From Acidobacteriota bacterium (GTDB lineage Bacteria; Acidobacteriota; Vicinamibacteria; Vicinamibacterales; CAVVIG01): a DNA stretch of 64,000 nt. Location: positions 29,651 to 93,650 of the forward strand of contig JACPZW010000074.1 in assembly GCA_016195265.1 (NCBI GenBank). Direction: 5' to 3'. Made by a program: the position numbers and the translations under genes. Shown here piece after piece: positions 27,875 through 37,448 of this stretch (position 1 is the first letter of the stretch; the number at the start of each line of letters is the position of its first letter). The notes beneath the pieces were generated by a model that saw only the letters and a program-made list of their open reading frames with translations, was not told the origin of the DNA and did not search any database.

Positions 27875-28956
27875 TCAGCTCGTCCGACCAGTTCTGGACC
27901 CTAGGTTGTGCGTGTCATCAGCCTTGAGCATGATGAACCGCTGGCCGTCCGGGCTGACGTCGTACCAGGCATCGCCCGAGGGATTGGTCACGGTCACGAA
28001 CCGGCCTTCAAAGAGCAGCGCCGGCGTACCAAGTTCGAGGCCATCGCCCTTGGCGGCAATCGGCGCCGCCATCATTTTGTCACCACTCCTGAAGAAGAGT
28101 TCGCGGCCGTTCTTGCTCCAGGTCGGCTCGGTGCCTCCGTCCGTCGACACCGTGTAGCGGGGGCCCGGGCCCGGGAAGGCCTGCACGGAGATTTCGAAAC
28201 GGGTCGTGTCGTCGGACAGGAATTACGCGACCGCGATGTCGGCAATCCGCTTCGTGCGATCCTTCTCGACTGCACGTACGAGAAAGGTCCGTACGTGCGC
28301 CGGGGTGTCCGCAGGCAGTGCGGTCCAATCGGGCTGGCCGCGCAGCACCGCGGCGAGCGTCTCACTGACATCTTCAGCCTCGAACGCGCGCTTGCCGGTG
28401 AGCATCTCGTAGAGCACGCACCCGAACGCCCAGATGTCGCTGCGCCTGTCGGCCGTGCGTCCTTTCGCCTGCTGGCGAGCCCGAAGTCCAACACCTTCAC
28501 GGTGCCGTCATCGCGGACCTTGATGTTCGCCGGCTTCAGATCGCGATGGACAATTCCCTGCTCGTGCGCCGCTCCAAACGCGTCCGCGATCTGGCGCGCA
28601 ATCGCCAGCGCCTCGTCAATTGCCGGGACTGAAGTCTTCGCCCTCAGTCCTCCGATTCGTTCCGCCAGCGTCTCGCCCTCGACCAGATCGAGCACGATGC
28701 CAGTGACGCCGTTCGAGTTCTCGAGGCCGTACACGGCGGCGATATTCGGATGATTGAGCGTGGCCCGGACTTCGGCTTCACGCTGGAAGCGCCCCAGTCG
28801 CTCCGGATCGGCGGCGAACGCCTCCGGCAGGACCTTGATGGCAACCTCGCGCCTGAGTTGTGTATCGCGCGCGCGATAGAGCTCGCCCACGCCCCCTGCG
28901 CCTAGCAGCGCGATGATTTCGTACGGGCCGAGCCGTGTGCCGGGAGACAGGGGCAT
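27875..28956 (-). pseudogene. Ser/Thr protein kinase with TolB-like propeller, disrupted (internal deletions plus frameshift)
   Basis: Intact subdomains run from GxGxxG to [14 protein letters not shown]. After DFGLA the reading frame breaks, and the sequence resumes in another frame at ...[21 protein letters not shown] (28223..28417). Only one terminal propeller blade remains (27875..28186). Confidence 0.8.
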
Positions 28957-29056
28957 GGCGCGTGATTCTCGCGACGGATCCTCTGACGACAAAGGAGAAT
29001 GGTGCGGGAACGTCCTGCAACTTGACAGGCGATGGCGAGGTGACCACACTGGTCAT

Positions 29057-29368
29057 ATGAAGAGTAATCTCACCGAAACGAGGGCCAGCGTCGTTCAGTT
29101 GAAAGCGCGGCTGAGTGAGTATCTGCGTCGCGTGAAGGCCGGCCACGAGCTCGTCATCACTGAGCGCGGTCTGCCCATTGCGCGCATTCTCCCGCTCGAT
29201 GTCGATCAACAGAAGTCGACGCGTCATGAGCGGCTGGTTCGTGCAGGCGTCATCCGTCCTGGGCGAAATGGCGGGCGCGTGCCGAAGTCGATCCTCGAAA
29301 CCCCTCCCGTCAAGATATCAGGCGTGCTGGACGCGTTGCTGGCGGAACGTGACGAAGATTACACGTAA
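29057..29368 (+). CDS. type II antitoxin, Phd/YefM family
   Basis: MKSNLTETRASVVQLKARLSEYLRRVKAGHELVITERGLPIARILP. Its stop overlaps the ATG of the PIN gene (TAATG). Confidence 0.75.
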   Translation: MKSNLTETRASVVQLKARLSEYLRRVKAGHELVITERGLPIARILPLDVDQQKSTRHERLVRAGVIRPGRNGGRVPKSILETPPVKISGVLDALLAERDEDYT

Positions 29369-29820
29369 TGTTCTGGGACGCCTCGGCGATTGTTCCACTC
29401 GGATTCAAGGAAGCTGATACGGCCGGCCTTCTGGTGCTCGCAAAGGCCGAAACGCAGTTTACCGTCTGGTGGGCCACGCCGGTGGAGTGCGGCGGAGCGG
29501 CGTATCGCCGGCGACGGGAAGGCCGGTGCGACGCGGAGGCGTTGCGAGCAGGTGTTCAGCGTTTCCGGGAATTGATGGCCGCTGCGGACTTCGTCCTTCC
29601 AACTGATGCGTTGCGGCATCGAGCGGAGCATGTGATCGCCGCCCACCCATTGCGCGCCGCGGACGCGCTTCAGCTTGCGGCCGCGTTGTCCTGGTGCGAT
29701 GAACAGCCGTGGAACGAGTCGTTCGTGTGTCTCGACAAACGGCTGCGAGACGCGGCTCGTCAAGAAGGCTTCTCCGTCCTGCCCGAAGAACACGCCTGGA
29801 GCGGTCGCGTCCGGCTTTAG
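29368..29820 (+). CDS. vapC: type II toxin VapC (PIN domain)
   Basis: MFWDASAIVPL... with a PIN layout and a C-terminal FVCLDKRLRDAA. Confidence 0.75.
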   Translation: MFWDASAIVPLGFKEADTAGLLVLAKAETQFTVWWATPVECGGAAYRRRREGRCDAEALRAGVQRFRELMAAADFVLPTDALRHRAEHVIAAHPLRAADALQLAAALSWCDEQPWNESFVCLDKRLRDAARQEGFSVLPEEHAWSGRVRL

Positions 29821-29826
29821 CCTGCC

Positions 29827-30648
29827 CTAGTAAAAATCGTGCGCGTCGAACTCGATGGACGTGCCGCCCAGCCCGGTCACTTGCTCGGCGCGGATCGACG
29901 TCACGCCTTCCTGGTTCTGCAGCACGCCGTCGACGATCAGGAACGGCTCCGCGATGATGACGCGAGCAGATCGACTTTCACGATCCCCATGTCCGCGCAA
30001 CCGTCCTTGTCCCACTGCACGACGACGCGGCCGGGCATGCTGGCGTTTTCGAGCGGCACGACGGCGTCGAGCCGGCCCTGGCAGATCACCATCCCGCCCG
30101 AGTGCTGGCCGAGATGGCGCGGCAGATCCTGCATCTCCTTCCACAGCCGCGCGAAGTGCCGCACGCGATCCGACTGGAGATCGAGGCCGAGCACCTTGCC
30201 TACTTCCCGCGCCGCGCTCCGGCCGCGGTACGTGATCACATTTGCCGTCATTGCTGCTTTTGACCCTTCGGGGGCGGCGCCGCGTGTGTTGTTGCACTTT
30301 TCGTACACGTGCTGGATGACGCGCTCGCGCCGGTCGCCGCTCGGCAGATCGAGATCGATGTCCGGCCGTCGAGCTCCTCGAGCGCGAGCGCGCCCTCGCC
30401 TTTCGGCGCGCGCAGTTTCATGCAGGTGATTAGTCGGCAGAGATTCTGATGACCCTCTGTGGATTCACACAGCACCGGCAGGAGGAACTGAGAACTGGGA
30501 ACTGAGAACTGCGGGAACCGCGAGAACTGCGGTCCAAGTTCTCATTTTTCAGTTCTAAGTTCTCAGTTCCGATCGTCAACTCTGCGCCCACGATCGGACG
30601 GATCCCGGCCGCGCGCGCGGCTTTATGGAAGCGCGGGATCCCGTACAC
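29827..30648 (-). pseudogene. remnants of a DNA polymerase III alpha subunit gene (DnaE/DnaE2-like)
   Basis: Four fragments lie in different frames: a PHP N-terminus (GIPRFHKAARAAGIRPIVGAELT), ESTEGHQNLCRLITCMKLRAPKGEG, HSGGMVICQGRLDAVVPLENASMPGRVVVQWDKD, and a C-terminal OB fragment (FLIVDGVLQNQEGVTSIRAEQV). About 0.8 kb remains of a gene that is normally about 3 kb. Confidence 0.7.
30485..30570. repeat. inverted 7-nt-period tract (GAGAACT family)
   Basis: gaactgagaactgggaactgagaactgcgggaaccgcgagaactgcgg / aagttctcatttttcagttctaagttctcagttcc. It sits inside the polymerase remnant. Confidence 0.8.
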
Positions 30649-30883
30649 GCCGGCGCGATCGAGCAGCGGGGATGTTATTGAGCCGGAGGTAGACGCGCAA
30701 CTGGCCGCGGTGGTGGATCACGTGATTCATGACGAAGCTGCGGACGCAGGCGGCGCGCGGCATCGACCACGATTTCGCGTGCGGCTTCCAGCCCAGTGTG
30801 TCGTCGGACACGCGTTCCAGAACGCGTCGGGTGGTGGCCATTTCCTGATCGAATTCCGGGAGAAGTGCGTCGGTGATCGCCAT
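30623..30883 (-). pseudogene. DinB-family (four-helix bundle) protein remnant
   Basis: The N-terminus LLPEFDQEMATTRRVLERVSDDTLGWKPH is joined directly to the C-terminal HHRGQLRVYLRL motif, so the middle is missing and the tail is out of frame. Confidence 0.6.
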
Positions 30884-30885
30884 GC

Positions 30886-30977
30886 TCAGCTCCTTTTAGC
30901 TTTTAGCTTTCAGCTCTCAGCTTTCGGCTCTCAGTTTTAAGTTTTCTGTTTTCAGTTTCAGTTTTCAGTTTCAGTCC
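30886..30977. repeat. direct 6-7-nt-period tract (AGCTYTC / CAGTTTT)
   Basis: tcagctccttttagcttttagctttcagctctcagctttcggctctcagttttaagttttctgttttcagtttcagttttcagtttcag. Confidence 0.8.
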
Positions 30978-31303
30978 GCTATCGCATCAATGAACCAGCC
31001 GTGCCCGGCGCGATCCCGGCCATTCCATGGATCGAGCCCTGCCTGTTGGGCGTCGTCTTGCTGCGGCGCGCCGGCGATGAGCAACAGTGACGGAGGCGGC
31101 CGAACACCGGTTGCAGCGGACGGCGCTTCGCGCCGCCGCTGAGCCGGAGCGTCATGGCCGCACGCGAGAATTGGTCGCGACGTTCAATCACGACGTCGGT
31201 GCGTTATGCGAGTACCTTCGCGAGAGACAGCGCGAGCACAGCGGCCGTGTGGTAACCCGTGAGCCGCGTCGCCCGGAGGTCCTAGAAGCTCCGGAGAAAT
31301 GAT

Positions 31304-32740
31304 TCACTGCGAGGGACTCTGCGGCGCGCTCGCCCAGGCGGCCGGCCCCCAGCGCCGCTCCACCCGCAGCCCGTCAATCACCGTCACGCCGCCGAGACTG
31401 TTGATCGTGTGGATGCCGTCGGGCCACGCGGTCCCTGCAGGCGGATCGAGCGCAAGCACGGCCTCCTCGCGGAATCGCGTCGGCGACAAATCGACCAGCC
31501 GGTTGATCGTGATGCCGGCGCCGTAGCGCCGGGCGCAGTTCTGCGCGGGCCGGTAAATCGCGCCGCCGAGACTGAACAAGGCCCCGGCGGGCCGGCTCGA
31601 TCGCGTGTCCGACTTCACCGGATTCAACGCGTGGGGCTGCCAGGGTCCGCGCCAGGTATCGGCGAAAAACACGTAGAGATCGGTCTGGTCTTCGTCACCC
31701 TGCTTCGTGCAGAACAGCCACCACTTCCTGTCGTGCTCCACCAAGGTCGAGTCCACGAACGGAAAGTCCGTCATCAGATCGCCCTGCGCCGTCCACATTC
31801 CCGACGGCTCGTCGCACTGGAACACGGAGACGCGGCGCGCGCGATGCGTTTCCGGTAGACAGTAGAGCCGCGCACGGCCGTCACGCGGGTCGGCCTCGCG
31901 CAGCAGAAACGGGTACGACGCGCGCGACGGCAGATCCGGACGGCTGCGCGCCGAGAGCACGGTGCCGTCGCGCCGCACGCGCAGCTCGCTCAGTCCCTTG
32001 GATCGGGACGGATAGCGGTAATCCTCGACCAGCAACCGGACGTCCTCGGCGTCCACGCCGAGCAGAAACGGATCGGCATAGAAGCGATCGGCCGGTTGGC
32101 CGATGAGCCACGCGGGCGGCGGCAGGCGCCCGCGCTGCAGGACGTCTTCGACGCCGAACGGGAGGAGGCCGACGCTCCATCGCTGCCGCGTCAGCCAGCT
32201 TCGCACGGTGTCGCCAATGACGCCGCCGGCCGGCTCGGGATGCCGTGGCGGTTCGAGCAACGCGCATCCGGTGATCGACACCGGCGTCGCATCGACGATC
32301 CCGGCGTCGCCCGACAGGATCTGGCGCAAGACCCGCGCGCACCACGGCGCGACGCGATCGGGAACCGACGCCGTGCCCCACCCGTTGATCGTGCGCGCGC
32401 GATACCAGCCCTCGTGCAGCACGATGACGCGATCCGGATCGCGCGTGATGCGGCACAGCCGCGCGACGGTGCCGGCGGCGCCGCCGGCCAGCGGCGCGCC
32501 GTCGCCGAATCGATACCGCCAGACGCCGAGCGATGGATCGATCGGGCACGCGACCTCCGCGAGATCGATGAGCACGTCGCACGCGAGGCCGGCCAGCGCG
32601 GACGGCGCGCGATCGGGCTCGACGAGGTCCAGCTCGACGCCGTCGACGCCGCGCGCGGCGGCGACGGCCGCGCGATGCCATGGCCGCGCGGATCGCTCCT
32701 CAAGAATGACGCCGACGCGGACACAACGATCAGATCTCAC
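31304..32740 (-). CDS. hypothetical two-domain protein (formyltransferase-like N-region plus beta-propeller/GH43-like C-region)
   Basis: The coding-looking part of track ORF 31304..33427 begins near the GTG at 32740 (VRSDRCVRVGVILEE). The C-terminal half has repeated hydrophobic-W/F blade-like segments (RFYADPFLL, WWLFCTKQGD, WRGPWQPHALNP). The family assignment is tentative. Confidence 0.6.
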   Translation of the reverse strand: MRSDRCVRVGVILEERSARPWHRAAVAAARGVDGVELDLVEPDRAPSALAGLACDVLIDLAEVACPIDPSLGVWRYRFGDGAPLAGGAAGTVARLCRITRDPDRVIVLHEGWYRARTINGWGTASVPDRVAPWCARVLRQILSGDAGIVDATPVSITGCALLEPPRHPEPAGGVIGDTVRSWLTRQRWSVGLLPFGVEDVLQRGRLPPPAWLIGQPADRFYADPFLLGVDAEDVRLLVEDYRYPSRSKGLSELRVRRDGTVLSARSRPDLPSRASYPFLLREADPRDGRARLYCLPETHRARRVSVFQCDEPSGMWTAQGDLMTDFPFVDSTLVEHDRKWWLFCTKQGDEDQTDLYVFFADTWRGPWQPHALNPVKSDTRSSRPAGALFSLGGAIYRPAQNCARRYGAGITINRLVDLSPTRFREEAVLALDPPAGTAWPDGIHTINSLGGVTVIDGLRVERRWGPAAWASAPQSPSQ

Positions 32741-32761
32741 GCGGCGGTAGAATATCGCATC

Positions 32762-33610
32762 GTGTCCCAACGCGAGGCCCGCCGCACGGTGCTCTCGGCG
32801 GCCGACCACTCCTACGCGCGCACGCTGTTCCAGCTGCTGCTGAGCGCCGAGCGCCACGGCGCCCACACCCAGTGTGCGTGGACCGTCTTCGATCTCGGGC
32901 TCACGCCGGGCGATCGCGCGACGCTCGGCTCGCACTTCCCGTGGTGCCGCGTCGAGAGGTTCCCGTTCGACGCGCACCCGCCGCACGTGCGCGCGCTGGC
33001 GTCCTGCGCGTGGAAGCCGGTGGTGGTCGACGATGTCCTGGCGCGCGACGGCGGCCTGGTCATTTGGCTCGACAGCGCGTCGCTGCTCCACGCCGGACTC
33101 GATGACGCCTTCGCGCGCGTCGCCGCCGACGGTCTGTTCACGCTCGTCGGACAATCGCCCGCGCGGCGCTGGTGCCATCCTGCAACATTCGAATGCATGC
33201 GCACGCCTGAGTCCGATCGCGATCGGCCGTGCCGCTCGGCCGGCGTTCTCGGGTTCTCGAGCGAGCCCCCCGCGGTGCGCGACCTCGTCGCGGAGTGGCG
33301 CCGGCTCGCATTGATCCCCGGCTGCCTCGCGCCGCCGGGCGCCGGCCGAAGCAACCATCGCTACGATCAGGCGATCCTCACGAACCTGCTGCACGCGTAC
33401 GCGCGCGAGCGCGGTCTCAGGCTGCACGACGACGAAGTGGACATCTCGTCCACGCGCCAGGTCAGGTGGGTCTCGACGCGCAACGCCGTCGCGCCCTGGG
33501 TGCCGCTCGCGGCGGATCCCCTCGTGCGCGCGTACTACGCGGCGTACAAGCTGGGCGACCGCCTGGTGCTGCGCGCTCGCGCCGGCCTGACGCCGAGCCG
33601 CGCGCGGTGA
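32762..33610 (+). CDS. hypothetical protein, possibly a DUF1647-like nucleotide-sugar transferase
   Basis: The coding-looking part of track ORF 32096..33610 begins at the GTG at 32762 (VSQREARRTVLSAADHSYARTLFQLLLS). It contains NHRYDQAILTNLL. The family assignment comes from memory only. Confidence 0.5.
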   Translation: MSQREARRTVLSAADHSYARTLFQLLLSAERHGAHTQCAWTVFDLGLTPGDRATLGSHFPWCRVERFPFDAHPPHVRALASCAWKPVVVDDVLARDGGLVIWLDSASLLHAGLDDAFARVAADGLFTLVGQSPARRWCHPATFECMRTPESDRDRPCRSAGVLGFSSEPPAVRDLVAEWRRLALIPGCLAPPGAGRSNHRYDQAILTNLLHAYARERGLRLHDDEVDISSTRQVRWVSTRNAVAPWVPLAADPLVRAYYAAYKLGDRLVLRARAGLTPSRAR

Positions 33611-33620
33611 CGCGGAAGGA

Positions 33621-34343
33621 TTACGGCACGACGCCGCGGAGGCTCGTATCCACGCGCGTGCCCGCGTAGAGCGCCGAAAAGACCTGGTCGGCCACGTTGC
33701 GCTCGTCCGGCGCGCGACGGCGCTTGAGCGTGGGATCGTCGGGAAATTGCTCGGCGCCGCGCGCCCAGGCGTCGCGGGCCTTGGCCGGGTCCTCGAGCCG
33801 CCAATATCCGTCGCCGAGCGATACGTAGACGCGCGCCAGCAGAAGGGCGGGCGTGTCGGGTGTGACCAGCGTCAGCGCCCGGTTCAAATCCCCGATGCCG
33901 CGCGGGATGCGCTTGAAGATGAAGTTGTTGTAGTAGAGATTCACGACGCCGCGGACGTAGTACGCGAGCACCGACGGCTTGAGCTCGATGGACTTCGTCA
34001 GGCTGTCCATGGCGTCGCGCCCGAGATAGAGCCGGCGGATGTCGCCGGCGACGGGCACCTTGTCCACGCAGGCGAGCGCGTGGCTGATCAGGATGTTCGG
34101 GCCCCTCCCCTTGCGCTTGGACAGCCGCTCGAGCGTGTCGATCGCGCGGTCGAACTGGCTCGAGGCAATCGCCAGCTGCCGGTAGTCCGCGGCCACCCGC
34201 AGGTTCTCGGGATTGGCCGCCACCGCCTGCTCGAACTCCGCGAGCTTCACGAGATCGGCGCGTCCGGCCTGCGCCGTCAACACCGCGCCCCCGCACACGC
34301 ACGCCAGCAGAGCGGGAACCAGCCGCGCCCGGCGTCTCCGCAT
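33621..34343 (-). CDS. TPR-like lipoprotein
   Basis: MRRRRARLVPALLACVCGG (lipobox LLAC) followed by helical-repeat-like sequence. Its ATG overlaps the upstream barrel's TGA by 1 nt (TGATG). The track merges it into an 820-aa ORF whose upstream part is a shadow frame. Confidence 0.7.
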   Translation of the reverse strand: MRRRRARLVPALLACVCGGAVLTAQAGRADLVKLAEFEQAVAANPENLRVAADYRQLAIASSQFDRAIDTLERLSKRKGRGPNILISHALACVDKVPVAGDIRRLYLGRDAMDSLTKSIELKPSVLAYYVRGVVNLYYNNFIFKRIPRGIGDLNRALTLVTPDTPALLLARVYVSLGDGYWRLEDPAKARDAWARGAEQFPDDPTLKRRRAPDERNVADQVFSALYAGTRVDTSLRGVVP

Positions 34344-36817
34344 CAGCGCTCGAACCGTAGCTGCAGCCGGAACTGACGGTACTCGGAGTTGTAGAACGTG
34401 CCGAACGCCGGCGAGCTGATGTTGGCCTGCACGTCCACCGGGTTGAAGGACGCGAGGGCGTTGTAGGCCCGAATGCCGATCCACGGGGCAAGCTTGAAGA
34501 TATGAAAGCGGTGCTCGAGGCCCAGATCGAGATGGAACCGGTTCGGCAGGCGATAGCTGTTCCGCGGTCCGACGAAGTCGAGGGCGTCGTTGACGATCGA
34601 ATACGGCAGGCCCGTCCGCCAGTCGAGAATGCCGATGACCAGCCAGCGCGGCGACGGCATCAGGTGGCCGCGCGCGAACAGCCGGTGCGGCACGTCCGTC
34701 GTCGCGGGACCGGATTGGTTCGGTCCGATGATGGGCCACATCATCGTGTCGAAATACCGCGCGAACGCGTTGAGGTCGCTCTCGGCGAACGCGCGGGAGT
34801 ACGACACGTTCAGGTCGGCCGCCGGCGATCGCGCGTAGTGAATGCCCGCTTCGAGCGCGCGGTACACCGCTTCGCCCGAGCTGTCGAGCAGCAGCTGCCC
34901 GACGCCGGCGCGCTGCAGCGTATCGACGATGAGCTCGTGGCCGTCGCGGCGCTCGAGCAGGCCGGCGTGGACGGACCAGCGGGCCGTCCAGCGATGGTCG
35001 TACGAGATGTCCCACGTCCGGCTGCGCGCCGTCCGCAGCTCGGGGTCGGTCACGTGCGTGAACGGCACCTGCGAGAGCAGGCTGGCGCCGTCCGCGGCGA
35101 AGCGCGAGTCGACGAACGTCTCGAACTGCGCGAACGCGCCCGCCGCCGACGGCGTACGTTCGAAGAACAGGCCGTAGCCGCCACGCAGAACTTCGCTGCC
35201 CGACGCGTTCAGCAGCAGCGCCGCGCCGACGCGCGGTGTCAGGTTCCACCGAGCGACCACGCCGTCGCGGTCGAGCCGGGCGCCGTACTCGAGGTACCAC
35301 CGCGTGGACGGCTGCCAGCGGTCCTGCGCGAAGATCGCCAGGTCCGTGCTGCCGAGCTGCTGCGCGGTCGCCGGACTGAAGTCGAGCCGGCGCGACAGCG
35401 TTCCGTCGGGCCGCCGGATCAGCACCGGGCGGCTCGCGCTCATCCCGTCGTAGCCGTTGACCAGCACGTCGATGCCGCCCTTGTACAAGTGCAGGCCGCC
35501 CGACGCGGTCGCGGCCGACCCCGCAATCGTCTGGATCCACTGGAAGGTGGACAGCGCGCGGCTCTGCGTGTTGTAGAAATTTCCGAGCGTGGTGTCCGGG
35601 TACAGCTGCATCAGCGCGGCGCCCTGCCCCGCCAAATCCGTGCGCGACGCGCGCCACTGCACGGTGGACTCGCCGATGAGCCGATCGGTCCACAGCGCGC
35701 GCTCGGTCAGCGAGACGTGCTTCACGCGCTCGCGGAGGTTGACCGCGGCCTCCGGCGGCGTGAACGTGCCGAGTGACGCGTAGTCGCTGACGCTCGGAAA
35801 CAGCCCGACATGGCCGATGAGCGAATGGCGCGCCGTGATATTCGCGTCCACGCGCGAGAACGAGCTCAGCCAGTGCGTGGTCTGCAGCTCGTTCTGCGGG
35901 CGGCTCGGTACGTCGTCGCTGCTGTAGCGGTACTGACCGGTCTGTTCGAGGAAGAGCTTGTTCGGAATGATCGGCCCGCCCGTCTCGACGCGGGGGCCGA
36001 AGCCGGCGATGCCCTGGACGTTCCAGTCCTCCTGGCGTTTGGTCCGGAACGTCGGATCGAGATTGTTCAGCCGCAACCGCCACTGATCGCCGGCCCTGCG
36101 CGTCTGGATGACGACCAGGCCCGACGCGAACCGCCCGTACTCGACCGCGTACGGATTCGGCAGCACCGACACCGAATCGATCGCATCGTCGGGCAGCGTC
36201 AGGTGCACGAGGCCCATGCCCGGATCCGCGAGCGTCGTCGCGCCGATCTGCACGCCCGACTGCGTCGGCCGTCCACCTTTGATGCTCATCCCGCCCGGCA
36301 CTTCGATCACGGTGGCGAGCAGGCGCATCGCGGCGCCCAGCCCGCCGCCGGGCGCCAGCTTGTCCGTTTCCTTGTCGCTGATCGTGTCCGCCTTGGCGAG
36401 CGTGTCGCCGCTCGACACGATCGACCGCGGCGCGACGACGTCGACCGTGTCGGTCAGCGTGGCAATGGCGAGGTCGATCAGCACGGTGGTCGACCTGCCG
36501 GCCACGACGGTCGCACTGAGGGCGATCGCCGTGAACCCTTCGAGCGAGGCCACGACGCTGTATTTGCCTTCGGGGATCCCGTCGGCCCGGTAGCGGCCGT
36601 CGCCTTCGCTCACCAGCGACGCGACTTCGCGATTGACGGCAAAGATGACGATCTTCACGCCCGGCAACACGACGGTCCCGTTGAGCGTCGTGACGACGCC
36701 TTCAATCGAACCCGCCACGTCCTGTGCCTGCGCGCGCGCGGCGCTTGCGCACACCACGGCCACGGCCAGCACCACGGCCGGGACGAAGCGCCGCGGGAGT
36801 CCAGACCGTAGCTTCAC
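34343..36817 (-). CDS. outer-membrane CarboxypepD_reg / plug / beta-barrel protein (Oar-like TonB-dependent transporter family), paralog 1
   Basis: Signal peptide, CarboxypepD_reg region (GVVTTLNGTVVLPGVKIVI...GRYRADGIPEGKY), plug (SIKGGRPTQSGVQIG...LPNPYAVEYGRFASGLVVIQTRRA) and about 550 aa of barrel ending in LRFER. Confidence 0.85.
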   Translation of the reverse strand: MKLRSGLPRRFVPAVVLAVAVVCASAARAQAQDVAGSIEGVVTTLNGTVVLPGVKIVIFAVNREVASLVSEGDGRYRADGIPEGKYSVVASLEGFTAIALSATVVAGRSTTVLIDLAIATLTDTVDVVAPRSIVSSGDTLAKADTISDKETDKLAPGGGLGAAMRLLATVIEVPGGMSIKGGRPTQSGVQIGATTLADPGMGLVHLTLPDDAIDSVSVLPNPYAVEYGRFASGLVVIQTRRAGDQWRLRLNNLDPTFRTKRQEDWNVQGIAGFGPRVETGGPIIPNKLFLEQTGQYRYSSDDVPSRPQNELQTTHWLSSFSRVDANITARHSLIGHVGLFPSVSDYASLGTFTPPEAAVNLRERVKHVSLTERALWTDRLIGESTVQWRASRTDLAGQGAALMQLYPDTTLGNFYNTQSRALSTFQWIQTIAGSAATASGGLHLYKGGIDVLVNGYDGMSASRPVLIRRPDGTLSRRLDFSPATAQQLGSTDLAIFAQDRWQPSTRWYLEYGARLDRDGVVARWNLTPRVGAALLLNASGSEVLRGGYGLFFERTPSAAGAFAQFETFVDSRFAADGASLLSQVPFTHVTDPELRTARSRTWDISYDHRWTARWSVHAGLLERRDGHELIVDTLQRAGVGQLLLDSSGEAVYRALEAGIHYARSPAADLNVSYSRAFAESDLNAFARYFDTMMWPIIGPNQSGPATTDVPHRLFARGHLMPSPRWLVIGILDWRTGLPYSIVNDALDFVGPRNSYRLPNRFHLDLGLEHRFHIFKLAPWIGIRAYNALASFNPVDVQANISSPAFGTFYNSEYRQFRLQLRFER

Positions 36818-36851
36818 TCGTCAGTTTCCGTTGGGTCGTTCCATTGTGGCT

Positions 36852-37448
36852 CTACGCCGAGTGGGTTTTCAAGGTGGCGCGCGCCCGAAAGCGCGCAGTC
36901 AGTTCGGTCGGCGACGGATCGACCCGGCCAATCCCAGGCTGATTGCCGCGCTCCACGTCCACGACGAGCATCGCGGGCCCGCGTGTGGAAAACCATGATT
37001 GCAGCGCGCCGGCCAGCGCGTGTTCGTCGCGCACGCGGACGACGGAGCGGTACCCCGCGGCGCGCGCGACGGCGTCGAGCGGCACGCGGTCTGAAATCGT
37101 CCGCTGATCGCCGGTCGATCCGTGCGCGGCGTTGTCGAAGACGATGTGATAGAAGTTCGCCGGCGCGGCGGCCGCGACGCTGCCGAGCGTGCCCATGTTC
37201 ATCAGCACGTTACCGTCGCCGTCGAAGACGACGACCGTGCGCGCCGGCTGGACGATCGCGAGCCCGAGTCCAATCGACGAGGCGAGGCCCATCGAGCCGA
37301 TCATGTAGAACCGCGACGGTGTGTCGGCATGCGCGTACAGCTCGCGCCCGATCATGCCGTTGCAGACGACGGTCAGGCAGTCCGGTCCGTTCGCGGCCGC
37401 GGCATCCACGGCATCGGCCGCGCGCGCGACCGCATAGGCGCGCGTCAC
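36852..37448 (-). CDS. phosphonopyruvate/sulfopyruvate decarboxylase family, beta (TPP-binding) subunit
   Basis: GSMGLASSIGLGLA...VFDGDGNVLMNMG (the GDG-X-N TPP motif). The GTG start overlaps the alpha-subunit TGA (GTGA). Confidence 0.8.
   Translation of the reverse strand: MTRAYAVARAADAVDAAAANGPDCLTVVCNGMIGRELYAHADTPSRFYMIGSMGLASSIGLGLAIVQPARTVVVFDGDGNVLMNMGTLGSVAAAAPANFYHIVFDNAAHGSTGDQRTISDRVPLDAVARAAGYRSVVRVRDEHALAGALQSWFSTRGPAMLVVDVERGNQPGIGRVDPSPTELTARFRARATLKTHSA

Noticed and set aside
30979-31302. Short ORFs 30979..31191 (minus) and 31087..31302 (plus) at the right edge of the decayed patch
   Set aside because: They are mutually overlapping, with no motifs, no start context and poor composition. 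They may be further gene debris, but I cannot support any call.
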